64,000 nucleotides of DNA from Histomonas meleagridis 2922-C6/04-290x (Eukaryota > Protista > Parabasalia). A program made the position numbers and the translations under genes. Location: contig JAANOX010000192.1 of the NCBI GenBank assembly GCA_020184695.1, positions 1-64,000 of the forward strand, in the 5' to 3' direction. Below, one piece after another: positions 22,051 through 32,761 of this stretch. How positions within the stretch are numbered: position 1 is the first letter of the stretch; each line of letters begins with the position of its first letter. The notes below the pieces were generated by a model. That model did no database searches. It saw only the letters and a program-made list of their open reading frames with translations, and was not told the DNA's origin.

Positions 22051-22638
22051 ATGGCGGAATCTGACTATTCAATTATTGTTTTTGGGGAATATGGCGTAGG
22101 CAAAGCTTCAATCATAAAACAGTTGACTCTCGGATCTTTTTGTTGTCCTAGCTTTCATGAAATTGAAGTAAATACTTCTCTAAAAGTTGATGATATAATC
22201 ACATCGATAAAAATTATTAGAGCTCATTATAATTTGGATTTCATGCAATTGTGGTACCAAATAATAAAAATGAGTGATGGCTTTATTGTAGTTTACTCAA
22301 TAGATTGCCGCAAGTCTTTCGAAATTGCTGAACAATGGTGTGTTGACATTATCAAAGAAAGTAAACAAAGCAACCCACCAATTGTTGTTTGTGGAAATAA
22401 ATGTGATATAAAAGATAATCGAGCTATCAGTCAATCCGAAGGAGAAGAACTTGCATCAAGATTTGGAGCAAAATTCTTTGAAATCTCTGCAAAAGATAAT
22501 ATCAATATCAATGAAGCATTTTCTTCCCTCGTCAGAATTATGAAAAATATTCCAAACAAAAAATCACACAACAAAAAAGAGGAAGCTGAAGGAGCTACTA
22601 AAGGTAAAAAGCAAAATGAAATTTGCATGACATTTTAA
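22051..22638 (+). CDS. Ras-family small GTPase, divergent
   Basis: GEYGVGK P-loop, NKCD (G4), SAK (G5) and C-terminal CMTF CaaX. The DxxG (G3) motif is absent. Confidence 0.85.
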   Translation: MAESDYSIIVFGEYGVGKASIIKQLTLGSFCCPSFHEIEVNTSLKVDDIITSIKIIRAHYNLDFMQLWYQIIKMSDGFIVVYSIDCRKSFEIAEQWCVDIIKESKQSNPPIVVCGNKCDIKDNRAISQSEGEELASRFGAKFFEISAKDNININEAFSSLVRIMKNIPNKKSHNKKEEAEGATKGKKQNEICMTF

Positions 22639-22948
22639 TATTTTTCAAATGATTATGTTGATTAATATTTTAAAATTAGGAAAATTGTATTCTTTAAGAT
22701 TTAGTTCAATACTTAAAATAAAATATTTGTTGTAACCTAAATAATTTGTTGCTTCTTTTAGAAATTTTATTCTTATCCGTTTTTTTTTACAATTCAACTC
22801 CCTAAAAAGAATTATGTCTTTGTAAGTTTTAAAGATTAATAGTCGAAAGAGTTTCTCATATAGAAAAACAGAAATGAAATTCCTACATATATTTAATCTT
22901 CTTTTATGCTTACTTTTCTGAAACAATTTCCATCGGCAGTTTTAATCG

Positions 22949-23794
22949 TTGAGTGAACGTTTAACCAAATTTTCATTAATTCCGAAAATTACAATGTTTT
23001 TTATTGCGTGTTTTATTTCCTTTTGTATTTTAACAGAAGACGGGAAACAAAGCACTGAATATAATGTTGAAGGTACCACCCTTGATAAAAATAATGAACT
23101 AAATAGATTTAACGAAGATTTACAAACAATGGATCCTAATGTAAAAGAGAAAGTTCTGAAAAAACTTAACAAAAACTTTTTAGCAAACATTTTACAAAAG
23201 GGTAAAATAAATGATCGAAAATTTCTTGATCTACAAGGCTCAAAAGTTGCCGAGTTCTTTGACCAAGGCGATCCTGAATATGAAGCACCTAATCAGTTAA
23301 TTCAAAAAACGCAAACTCACATGCCATCTAGAATTGCCAAGATATCAATACTTTCTGTTAACCCTACAACTCTCCAATCTAGTGGGAATGAAGAGGTTAT
23401 TATTCAGACAAATCATTCACGACTCACACTTATTTTTTGCAAATTTAATGAAAAGATTATTTTTGGAAAATCTCTTGGAAATGGGACAATTCTTTGTAAG
23501 ACACCACCTCTCAAACCAGGCGAAGTTGCTCTAAGTGTTTCACAAGATCAATCTAAGTGGAGCAAAGAAGTTATTTTATCTGTCTTAAATGATGAAAACA
23601 GATTTATGACTTTAATAATTATTTTGTTTGTAGTTGTGATAGTTTCTGTGTTCGGATTATTGTTTGCTAAGTTGGTATGTTGGAGTGAAGGAGGATCAAA
23701 GAAAAGAACAAGAAAAAGGGGAAAACAGCCTAAAAAGCTTTCGAAAAAGAGCAAAGAAAAACTTCGTAGAAGAAAAATACAAAGTGAAATATGA
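22949..23794 (+). CDS. Membrane protein with an IPT/TIG-like domain, C-terminal TM helix and basic tail
   Basis: N-terminal hydrophobic segment, PTTLQSSGNEEVII...CKF...ILCKTPPLKPGEVALSVS, TM segment LIIILFVVVIVSVFGLLF and a Lys/Arg tail. Confidence 0.7.
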   Translation: MSERLTKFSLIPKITMFFIACFISFCILTEDGKQSTEYNVEGTTLDKNNELNRFNEDLQTMDPNVKEKVLKKLNKNFLANILQKGKINDRKFLDLQGSKVAEFFDQGDPEYEAPNQLIQKTQTHMPSRIAKISILSVNPTTLQSSGNEEVIIQTNHSRLTLIFCKFNEKIIFGKSLGNGTILCKTPPLKPGEVALSVSQDQSKWSKEVILSVLNDENRFMTLIIILFVVVIVSVFGLLFAKLVCWSEGGSKKRTRKRGKQPKKLSKKSKEKLRRRKIQSEI

Positions 23795-23941
23795 TTATGT
23801 AAAATTTAACAAACTTATTTTTGTTTTTTTATATGTTAATAACAACAAAAGAAGTTAAAAACAATTTTTTTTTGTGCAAAATGCATTGGCGACCGTTTAC
23901 TTGATAAATTTTTTCGCATAACATTTCAGTGTTTTTGTGTC

Positions 23942-26900
23942 TTGAACTTCCACCCAACTGTTACACCATTATTCCAAGACTGGCTCCACTCAATAGATAA
24001 TATTTTCCAATGCCCTGAAGATTATCCACCAAAAGGAATTCAATTTCCAAATCCCACACAAACTCAAAATTGTCTTTTAACATTTTCATTAAACACTATC
24101 AATCAAGAACAAGATGGTACTATTTGCTTTTGGAAAGAAATTTCAGACACATCAGCAGATTTAAGGAAAACAATAACAAATATGGCACATAAATATTATA
24201 CAGATTTATTTCCTCACATACACCTACGCACATTATTATCACCTTCACAAGGATGGCTCACACTATTTTTTGATCAAGCAAAAATCCGTACACGAGGGAA
24301 TCGTGCTTGTATTCATTATTTTTCAAACGGTGATGCACAAAAATCCGATATTGAAGAATTCGAACGTATTTTTAGTAATATCGATACTCTCAATTGCACA
24401 GCCTTTATCTTTGATTTTGATAATTGTGATGAATTGTATGATCTATTTCAAAATCTTCCACCCGAAACAGATACTTTTGCTTTTTTTGCTTGTTCTAAAG
24501 GTCAAAAGCTTGTGCGAACACCCGATTTACCAAATGATCTTTTTACTTCTTGTATGATAACAACGCCAAGGACTGTTCTTCTTTGGCATTCTTGGCATTA
24601 TTATTGCTTTAAGAACGGACCCCTTAAGCCACTGTCTCCTCTCTTCGTAGAGGAAGAAGAACTTGATTCTGAAGAAGCGAAACAAATCTTTTCACATGTC
24701 AAAACCGTCATCAACAGCACCGTTGAATCGATTGCGATCCAAGTTCTTGATCATGAGACTTTCCTACGCTTTTTTCGTACAGACCAAGTGATTTGTCAAC
24801 TAACAATCAACTTTATAATGGCTTGTAGAGTTCTTTCTTTTTTTAATATAACTCCAGTTTCATTTCCAAGTATTCCAAACTCAATAATACAACATAAACT
24901 TTGGCAAACTCTCGAATTAAGACTTGACGCAGAACTTTATCAACTACAACAACAAGAAATTCCAAATAATATTTCATATACTCATTTCATGGAACAAATT
25001 TTACTTACTATAAGAACTGCAATTGACATTGTATCACCTGAGAATCCATTTGTTCCACAAATATCTTATTTTCCATCAATATTATCTCCGGAATTTCCAC
25101 AACAAATTGTCTCTGAGGCATGTTCCATTTTAGCATTATATCTTGATATATCAACCGAAGCAATTCGGATGGTGCTTTGTTTTCCAATCATAAAACCATT
25201 ATTTCGAATCTTAATAGAAAAACCATTTAATGATTTTGATTATAATCCATTATTTTTTTGTTTATGCAAATTAATGGCATATATCAAAACCTCTAAAGAT
25301 ATTCATGTTGAAAATATCCAGTTATTTTTCGATACAAATATTTTTCCTTTACTTTCATCACAAAATTCAAAGCTCGTTGTCACTTTTTGCGTTTTATTCC
25401 TAAACGGCTCCACGGCGCACGTTAACGAATTTGTTAAATCTAATTGGCGACCGTTTGTTCTAACATTACTTAAAGACAAAGATAAAGACACAAGAATATG
25501 GGCATTATTATTGATATCAATACTTTCACAAAACATAAAATCTGATTTTGAGTCCGATAATATTTTTCAAGAGATATGTCAATTAATTAATTATAATTTA
25601 CCTGAAGAACGTTTAGTATCTATATATTGTTTAACGCAATTTTTAGTAGATTATGAATCTACTTCATTACAAGAGAACATTCTTAATCTTATCTATAACC
25701 AAAAAGAAGACTATTGTTATTTAATACGCTTACAAATCATTTCCACAATTTCGTATTACTTCCATAAACATTTTGAGTTATTCTTCACGCCGACGACCGA
25801 AGTCAGTCAACAACTTCATAAACTAATTGTATTATATCTTAATGATTCACATCCACTTGTTATCAATCGCATGGAAAAACTTATTGAGGCAATATCCACT
25901 TATGAACTTGACGCCATCATTCAGCCTACGTATGTCATCGAGTTCTATTATTCATTACTACTTAAGTCGATCAAACATATATTAATTGAAGCGATTGATT
26001 TACCATATTCATTAACTATAAAAACTAATGAAACTAAAGAAAGAAATAATGAAATTAAACACATGAATAATAATAACAATAATAATAATAACAATAACTT
26101 AAAGTTAACATCGATTTATACACATTCATATGATATTACATCGAATTTCATTACATTGCCAATGAATTCCGAATTTATCTTCGGAGATTCGATGGGTTAT
26201 ATTAACATTAACAATTGGAACAATAACAAAATTTTATTACAATATAAAACAGAACAAAAACTTCCAATTAATTATATTAAATATATAAATAACTTTTCAT
26301 ATCCATTAATATTTACAACTAATTTCAACAATGTTTTATCAAGTTATTCAATTAATAATAATTATGAATTAAAGTTAATGTGTTCATTTGATTTACCAAA
26401 AACAAAAAATAATTTAAAATTCGATGTCGAACAAAATTATGGAAATTTATTGTTTTATGAACCGTTAAATTCAAATTTAATGTTATTCGATTTAAGATCA
26501 ATGAAATTATTACAAGAAATTGAACTCGACGGAACGTTAATTCATTCGGCTTATTGTATTAATTATAGTAATTCATTGATCGGAATTTGTACTGAAAATT
26601 TCTATTTGTTGGATTTGAGAACTAAAGAAAAAGTGATTTCCAAAACTTTACGTGATAAACCTTTCGATTTTAGGGTGGTCGATCCGTTGGAGCCATCGTT
26701 CCATATTTGTATGGAAAATGGAAAAATTAATACTTTCGATATTAGAAGTATAGAGGTGGCAAGAAAGAAATTCGTCCCATCGTTCCAAAATAAAGTCGAT
26801 ATAATGGCTTTCGACTCACATCATAATAAATGTAATTGCGTCATCGGTCATAATTCGGGGTTCGCTTGTATCGACTTGTTAAACCAAAAACAAATGAACT

Positions 26901-27031
26901 TCCCAAACGTAATGAAAAGTAAACAAAGTATTAACGCTGTGGAACAATGTCTGTTCCATTCGTCGGCTTTGTCATTAAATGTATTGAATGGAAAAAGAGA
27001 AATAATTCTTCTCGAGGAACACGAAATTTAG
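23942..27031 (+). CDS. Raptor/KOG1-like protein (RNC domain, HEAT repeats, degenerate WD40)
   Basis: PDLPNDLFTSCMITTP matches the Raptor N-terminal domain motif. DTRIWALLL and ERLVSIYCL HEAT segments and a beta-rich C-terminus follow. No ATG in the first 80 codons. Confidence 0.8.
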   Translation: MNFHPTVTPLFQDWLHSIDNIFQCPEDYPPKGIQFPNPTQTQNCLLTFSLNTINQEQDGTICFWKEISDTSADLRKTITNMAHKYYTDLFPHIHLRTLLSPSQGWLTLFFDQAKIRTRGNRACIHYFSNGDAQKSDIEEFERIFSNIDTLNCTAFIFDFDNCDELYDLFQNLPPETDTFAFFACSKGQKLVRTPDLPNDLFTSCMITTPRTVLLWHSWHYYCFKNGPLKPLSPLFVEEEELDSEEAKQIFSHVKTVINSTVESIAIQVLDHETFLRFFRTDQVICQLTINFIMACRVLSFFNITPVSFPSIPNSIIQHKLWQTLELRLDAELYQLQQQEIPNNISYTHFMEQILLTIRTAIDIVSPENPFVPQISYFPSILSPEFPQQIVSEACSILALYLDISTEAIRMVLCFPIIKPLFRILIEKPFNDFDYNPLFFCLCKLMAYIKTSKDIHVENIQLFFDTNIFPLLSSQNSKLVVTFCVLFLNGSTAHVNEFVKSNWRPFVLTLLKDKDKDTRIWALLLISILSQNIKSDFESDNIFQEICQLINYNLPEERLVSIYCLTQFLVDYESTSLQENILNLIYNQKEDYCYLIRLQIISTISYYFHKHFELFFTPTTEVSQQLHKLIVLYLNDSHPLVINRMEKLIEAISTYELDAIIQPTYVIEFYYSLLLKSIKHILIEAIDLPYSLTIKTNETKERNNEIKHMNNNNNNNNNNNLKLTSIYTHSYDITSNFITLPMNSEFIFGDSMGYININNWNNNKILLQYKTEQKLPINYIKYINNFSYPLIFTTNFNNVLSSYSINNNYELKLMCSFDLPKTKNNLKFDVEQNYGNLLFYEPLNSNLMLFDLRSMKLLQEIELDGTLIHSAYCINYSNSLIGICTENFYLLDLRTKEKVISKTLRDKPFDFRVVDPLEPSFHICMENGKINTFDIRSIEVARKKFVPSFQNKVDIMAFDSHHNKCNCVIGHNSGFACIDLLNQKQMNFPNVMKSKQSINAVEQCLFHSSALSLNVLNGKREIILLEEHEI

Positions 27032-27547
27032 TTTTAGTAAATGTTTATATTAGCGAAATAATGTGTCAAATTGATTTTGTATTATATGCAAAATATTTGT
27101 TCTTGTGGAAATATTTTTACTAAATTATTAGATCACGCCAAACATTCAATTTAAATCTTCAAGTAAATATAATATAGTTACATAAAATCAGACTTGCATT
27201 GCGATTACATCTTCTAAATATTGAATTGAATAACCACAAAAAATATGAATCGTTTTTGCAATTTGTGCTTGGAAACTTCGATTTTAAAATATATATAATT
27301 CTATATTAAAAATAAACTTACATTTTTTCATTCTTTGGGAATGTGAATTTATATATCATACTTCGAACAAACACTTTTGAGTTTTTTAAATATTTACCAC
27401 ATCTGGCAAAAATCCACCATAAAAGAAACTCTGAATAAAATAAATGAACCAAAACTATCGGCAAAGGTTCGTTTGGTCCAAATTTTAATACTAACAAAAA
27501 ATAAAAAAAGCAAAGAGTTGAACTCTTTGCAATTTAAGAAAATTTGT

Positions 27548-27667
27548 TCGGGGGAGCGAGCAAAACTCACCACCCAAGATTAAAGGCAAAGCTTTGTGAA
27601 GTGCAGTTGCACTTTAACCTCCCATAACCTCCCTGCTGACGAGGCTACAGCAAACCAGATAAGTGAT
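27548..27667 (-). ncRNA. Candidate U1 spliceosomal snRNA
   Basis: 49% GC island in an AT-rich convergent intergenic region. Minus strand reads ACUUAUCUGG (U1 5' end ACUUACCUGG with one change), a 7-bp hairpin UUUGCUG/CAGCAGG, a long hairpin with loop containing ACUGCACUUC (U1A site AUUGCACUCC), Sm-like AAUCUUGG and a terminal GC-rich hairpin. Stem-loop III and a clear U1-70K loop are not evident. Confidence 0.6.
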
Positions 27668-27852
27668 CCAAAGCTTTCTGAAATTTAACTTTGTTGACAT
27701 TATTAATTTTTACTGCACAAAAATAAAAAAGTGCGAAAACTGAAAATTGCACAGAAAAGTGAAACTTGAACATTGAAAAAAAATTAAAACAAATTCGACG
27801 AAATACAAATTGTTTAACATAAAAAAAATAGTTTTAGGTCTAACATATTCCT

Positions 27853-29196
27853 CTAATTTTCATTTAGATGATAAACATTTGAAATTGATGTAATAAAATT
27901 TTGCAACATTTCATTTGTTTGAGCTAATTCTGTTATTTCACCTATTAGTTCAATCGGAATAATATCATCTCTGTTATTATCACATATGAAATTTGATATT
28001 CTCATGAAAGTTTTTTCCATCATTTGATATTCTTTTGAGTTTTGGTTATCCAAGTCATCCACAAAATTACTCATTTTATATATCAACAATGGAATCATTA
28101 TATGTTCCAATTGATCAGTATTTGCATAATGAATCATAGCACATGACAATTTCAAAAATTTCATTAAAACAACAAATGAAAACTCATCAACTTTTTGGAT
28201 TAATTCATTAAACAAATCTAACTGAAGAATATAATCAATTGCTAATTCTTTTGTTTGTTTCACATAACAAAAAATCATAATACATAAATATTTATATGTT
28301 TTCATTGTTAGAAATGGTATTTTAGGTTTTACAATTTCTAAAATTTTTGTTTCCCTTACAAAAAAATTGATATCATTACAACATGCACAAACACATTTAG
28401 AAAAATGTATTGCAATTTGCATAAGTTTTTGCGCTTCATTAACATGAGCAAATAATTGTGTAATGTTTTGATTTTGCATTAAAATCGAAACAATAGAAAT
28501 TTGATCAGCACAAAAACAAATTAAAAGTTTAAAACAAAGAAGTTGAAAATGTATATCAAGAGAAGGAAGTATATAAATTAAGTTATTAAAAAAAGGTATC
28601 ATTTGGATTAATAGTATTTTGTAACTGCAAAGTGAAAAACATAAATCAAAAAATGAATCGCAAAGATTTGATGAATGTAAATATGTAATTAAAAAATTGT
28701 TAAAATTTTGATATTCTCGTGGAGTTGTATTAAAAAGACGAAGGAATTCATTGACATACGAAATATGGATCTTAATTATTAAAGAAACAGATTCAATTGC
28801 ATCTGGATTTGGAAAAAATTTATATAGAGTTTGAATCGTGCCTTTAGGAAATTGTGGCTCAAAGTCATCTGGAATCTTTTTTAGGCTAATATTTATTAGG
28901 GTAATATATAGAATTATGATATCATCTGGGGTTGTTGGATCATTTATTATATCAATTATCATTTGAAGATGTTCAGGCGTATAATCCATTGAGCAGCTAA
29001 TTAGAATCTCAAAACAATTTTGAATTGCTTTCGTATCATTTGAATTGATGAAAATATTATTTAAAGATTGAATTAGTTCTGGAGGAGCGCTTGTGCAAAA
29101 ACTATCAAAAACATTGTTTTCATTACATGACCGCCCTTTTATTAATGAATTTTTTCTCAATAAATCCAACTTTTGAGCTTTACCATCTCCTTTCAT
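27853..29196 (-). CDS. Hypothetical helical (ARM-like) protein
   Basis: 447-aa open ORF with an amphipathic helical pattern. Confidence 0.65.
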   Translation of the reverse strand: MKGDGKAQKLDLLRKNSLIKGRSCNENNVFDSFCTSAPPELIQSLNNIFINSNDTKAIQNCFEILISCSMDYTPEHLQMIIDIINDPTTPDDIIILYITLINISLKKIPDDFEPQFPKGTIQTLYKFFPNPDAIESVSLIIKIHISYVNEFLRLFNTTPREYQNFNNFLITYLHSSNLCDSFFDLCFSLCSYKILLIQMIPFFNNLIYILPSLDIHFQLLCFKLLICFCADQISIVSILMQNQNITQLFAHVNEAQKLMQIAIHFSKCVCACCNDINFFVRETKILEIVKPKIPFLTMKTYKYLCIMIFCYVKQTKELAIDYILQLDLFNELIQKVDEFSFVVLMKFLKLSCAMIHYANTDQLEHIMIPLLIYKMSNFVDDLDNQNSKEYQMMEKTFMRISNFICDNNRDDIIPIELIGEITELAQTNEMLQNFITSISNVYHLNEN

Positions 29197-29329
29197 TGAA
29201 ACCGTTAATTAAACCTGAATAAGAAATGCCACATTCGATCGTTTTTGCCTCAATATTGAAGGAAGCTGCTCATTTTACAGAGTTTATTTGGTCGGATTTT
29301 AGAGGCGGACGTTAGAGGTTTATTTTTAG

Positions 29330-29737
29330 TTAAACATGTGTATTTGGTTGAAGATAGACATTTCCCATGCCACTTGTTCTATTCGGTCTTTGAGCCCTTT
29401 GCTCTTCTTTGACTCGTGATTCTTCTTCAAAAATCACTCTAAGAAGTTGCCCATATCTTTCTTTGGATTCTTCAAGCTCTTTGATTCTTGCTTTGCATTC
29501 TGCAATCTGTGCTTCGAGTTCTCGCTTTCTTTCTTCGATTATTTCTAAAGCTGGCTGTTCTGGAGGGAATGGTGATCCATGACGAATAAAGTTATCTCTG
29601 TGCATCATAATTCCTTCAAGCATTTGCCTGAAATCATTGTCACTCATTACAGGATGTTGAACCTTGAATATGATTGGCTTTTTGCTCTTCATTTTTTGAT
29701 CTTTTTCAAATGCACTTTTAAATTCGAAAAGTGTCAA
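29330..29737 (-). CDS. Small hypothetical coiled-coil protein
   Basis: ORF with heptad-like segment ERKRELEAQIAECKARIKELEESKE. The start is probably an internal Met. Confidence 0.65.
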   Translation of the reverse strand: MTLFEFKSAFEKDQKMKSKKPIIFKVQHPVMSDNDFRQMLEGIMMHRDNFIRHGSPFPPEQPALEIIEERKRELEAQIAECKARIKELEESKERYGQLLRVIFEEESRVKEEQRAQRPNRTSGMGNVYLQPNTHV

Positions 29738-30119
29738 ATGGCCGTTTATTAATAACGTAATTTTTCATGTCTTTATAAGCTGTTATAATTTCTGTTTAAA
29801 TAAGCTATATGATATATTTTTTACATGACTCAGGACATTGTCTGCCATGGTGATAAATTGTTTTTATTTTCTTCAAAAATTAAAATGAAAGTTTTTATTT
29901 CATCTTAGTTCTTTCAATACACCAGTGTTACTATTTCTGTGACATTTGGGGTGCTCCACGGCTACAGCAACTGCTCTCACCGGAACACTGCTCATTTTTT
30001 TCCTTTTTGGTGTTCAAAATTTGTTCATCAGTAAATTTTCTCGTTCTTCTATATTCTTATTTTATCTCAATGTCACTTTCCTGTAAAATTGTATACTTTA
30101 CTTAACTCAATATTTTAAC

Positions 30120-32003
30120 GTGTTTGGTATCACAAGTCATATTACCATCGATAATAAAATTTCAAAAAATATTCAGTTATTGCAGCTTATAGAGCAAACA
30201 ATATTTAATTTAAATAATAATAATATTTCAGCATCTGTTGAATCTTTATCAAATAATTATTCAAAAGAATTTCCTTATTCATTTAGTTTTATTATTTATT
30301 CAATTATATACTCATGTTTTACATCAAAGGGTTTTTATAAAATATATTTTGAGTTTTTAGAAAAACTTGAAACTATAGAAATGAAGAATTTCAATAACAC
30401 AAATAACAAAATAACAGAAATTTTTGCAAATTGGTTTTTTCTTCGTAAGCAAGAAGCGAATTACCTTCTTGAAAAGATTGAAAGGCAAAAGAACATTATA
30501 TTTTGTGCATCTTCTGAAAAGTGATGAAATAAATAAATATTTTTTTGATAAATGGAATGTTAAATTAATTGATTATGCAGCATTTTCCGGATCGATTAAA
30601 TGTTTCAGATGTTTGTTAATGAATGGTGCCAATGTAGAAAACACAGGTAAATATGCAGTTGCAGGTAGAAATGAAGAAATCATTCATTTATGTGAACGAA
30701 ATCATTCAATATTTGAAGATGTATCTGAGACAGCAATTGAATTCCATCAAAATGATGTATTTAAATATATTTATGAGAATAAATTAAAAAAAATTGATGA
30801 TATGCAGAAGTTAGGAGAAAAATGTATAATGTTTTATAATTTTGAAATTTTATCATTTCTGAGAGAAAATAGTTTGAAAATCGATAAGAACCTTATCATT
30901 AATTCAATTGAGAGCGGAAATATTTTTGTTCTGCAATATTTTTACCAAATAAATCCTATTCAAGCACGCAACATTCACACAAATGAAATTGTTGCAATCA
31001 AAACAATTAAACTGAAGCATCTCAATAGAACCGAAAAATCAAAAGCCCTCAAAGAAGCTCAGCTTCTTTCCAAACTCCACCATCCAAATATTGTTTCCTA
31101 TAAAGAATCATGGACAAAAAACGAGAAACTTTATATTGTCATGGAGTACATTGAAGGTGGTGATTTAGGCAAAGTCATCAAAAACGCCATGGAACTCTTT
31201 TTCGTGAATCAGAAGTTCTCCATTATTTTGTCCAACTTGTTTCCGTCATTGATTATATTCATTCCAATCATATTCTTCATCGTGATCTTAAACCCGACAA
31301 CATTTTTGTAACCAAGACCAACATGATCAAACTTGGAGATTTTGGGGTAGCTCGATCACTTGACAATACATTTGACATGGCCAATACAGTCATTGGGACA
31401 CCATATTACTTATCCCCAGAGATCTGGGAAGGCAAGCCATATGATTCTCATTCTGATATTTATAGTTTGGGTGTTATTCTTTATGAACTATGCGCACTTA
31501 AAAAACCATATGAAGCGCCTAATGCATTAGCGCTTTGTTCCATTGTAACTAAAGGGGAACACGAGGACATCCCGAACATATATTCTGATGACCTTAAAAA
31601 CCTTGTTAACCGAATGTTATCACTTGATCCACATCAACGTCCAACAGCACGCGAAATAAAACAAATGAAAATAATTACAAAAGGCGCAATTAACATTATC
31701 AACAAGAACCAAACAATAATATCGAAGCAAATTAATTCGCCAAAGCGAAAAAGATTATTGAACTTAAACTTAATGAATAATACAAATGCTAATGAACAAG
31801 AAAATATTCCATTTAATGACTTCATCGACGAAGATGATGAAAACGAAGAAGAAGAAATGGTAATCGAAGACGACTTCATTGAAGATGACTTCATTAAGGA
31901 AGAAGAGGAGGAAGAAGAGGAAATGGACGAGGAGCAGCTGTTCTTGTTGCAGGAAACGTCAAACGCTTTGAGGCAGTCAATCATTATCAGTCCAATGAAA
32001 TAG
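30120..32003 (+). pseudogene. Chimeric locus: deleted DUF3447-type ankyrin-family N-domain fused to a NEK-type kinase lacking its Gly loop; frameshifted
   Basis: LIDYAAFSGSIKCF block, then ARNIHTNEIVAIK, EAQLLSKLHHPNIV. Adding one base at about 31189 restores [23 protein letters not shown] further frameshift and deletion lie near 30500. Confidence 0.75.
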
Positions 32004-32197
32004 AATTTTTGTTTGGTATTTTATGTGTAAATAGATTTGGAATATATGGAATAAAATTAAAAGTAATATTTTGATATGTAATTTCTGTTTAATTCGATGT
32101 CAATAAAAATAAAATTTAATTTCTTTTTTACTTATTTTCATAGGATCAGCATATTGAAAAAGTTCATCACTAATGAAACCGTTTAAATCTCAGGTGT

Positions 32198-32326
32198 TTG
32201 AACAAGTATAAGAGTTCTTTAAGGGATTTAAGACAAGAAGAAATTGATAAAGTCACACACAATTTGAAATATGATGATGTAGTCGAACGACATTTAATTA
32301 ATAATGATGCAGTCTTGTTTAATCAA
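32198..32326 (+). pseudogene. Short fragment resembling an RNA polymerase largest subunit
   Basis: LKYDDVVERHLINNDAVLFN resembles the conserved GDxVERHLxDGDxVLFNRQPSLH block and breaks off before RQPSLH. Confidence 0.5.
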
Positions 32327-32748
32327 CATTTGGATAAAGCGACAGTTATTCGCTTTTGTATTTTTCTTGGAAAAACGATCACCGTCACCGGTGACGGGTA
32401 AAGTTCTGTAAATGAAATATTGAATAGTTTATGATGGAATGGTGAATTGATTGGATGATGTTCACCGAGAATATACATTTCCGGTGAAAAAGTTTCTTTG
32501 AAGAAATCTTACAACACACTATGGAATTTGTTAACTTTAAGCAGAATCCAGAACCTATAGGTGTACGTGTTGTTGAAGGCTGGGCTCTTTCCGACAGTCC
32601 TCTTTCTGCTAAACACTAAAATAAAAACCCTATTTAACAAGATTTTTTGACCGTTTATTATTAAACGTTTTTGTGATTTCAATACTTTAAATGGTCGAAT
32701 ATTTAAATTGAATCATTAAATGCTCAACCAAAATATGCCTTCATAAGA

Positions 32749-32753
32749 TCATT
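32749..32753 (+). promoter_or_regulatory. Initiator (Inr) element TCATT upstream of Hsp70
   Basis: TCATT ends 8 nt before the ATG, matching the trichomonad TCAY(T/A) Inr. Confidence 0.6.
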
Positions 32754-32761
32754 TTTTTATT

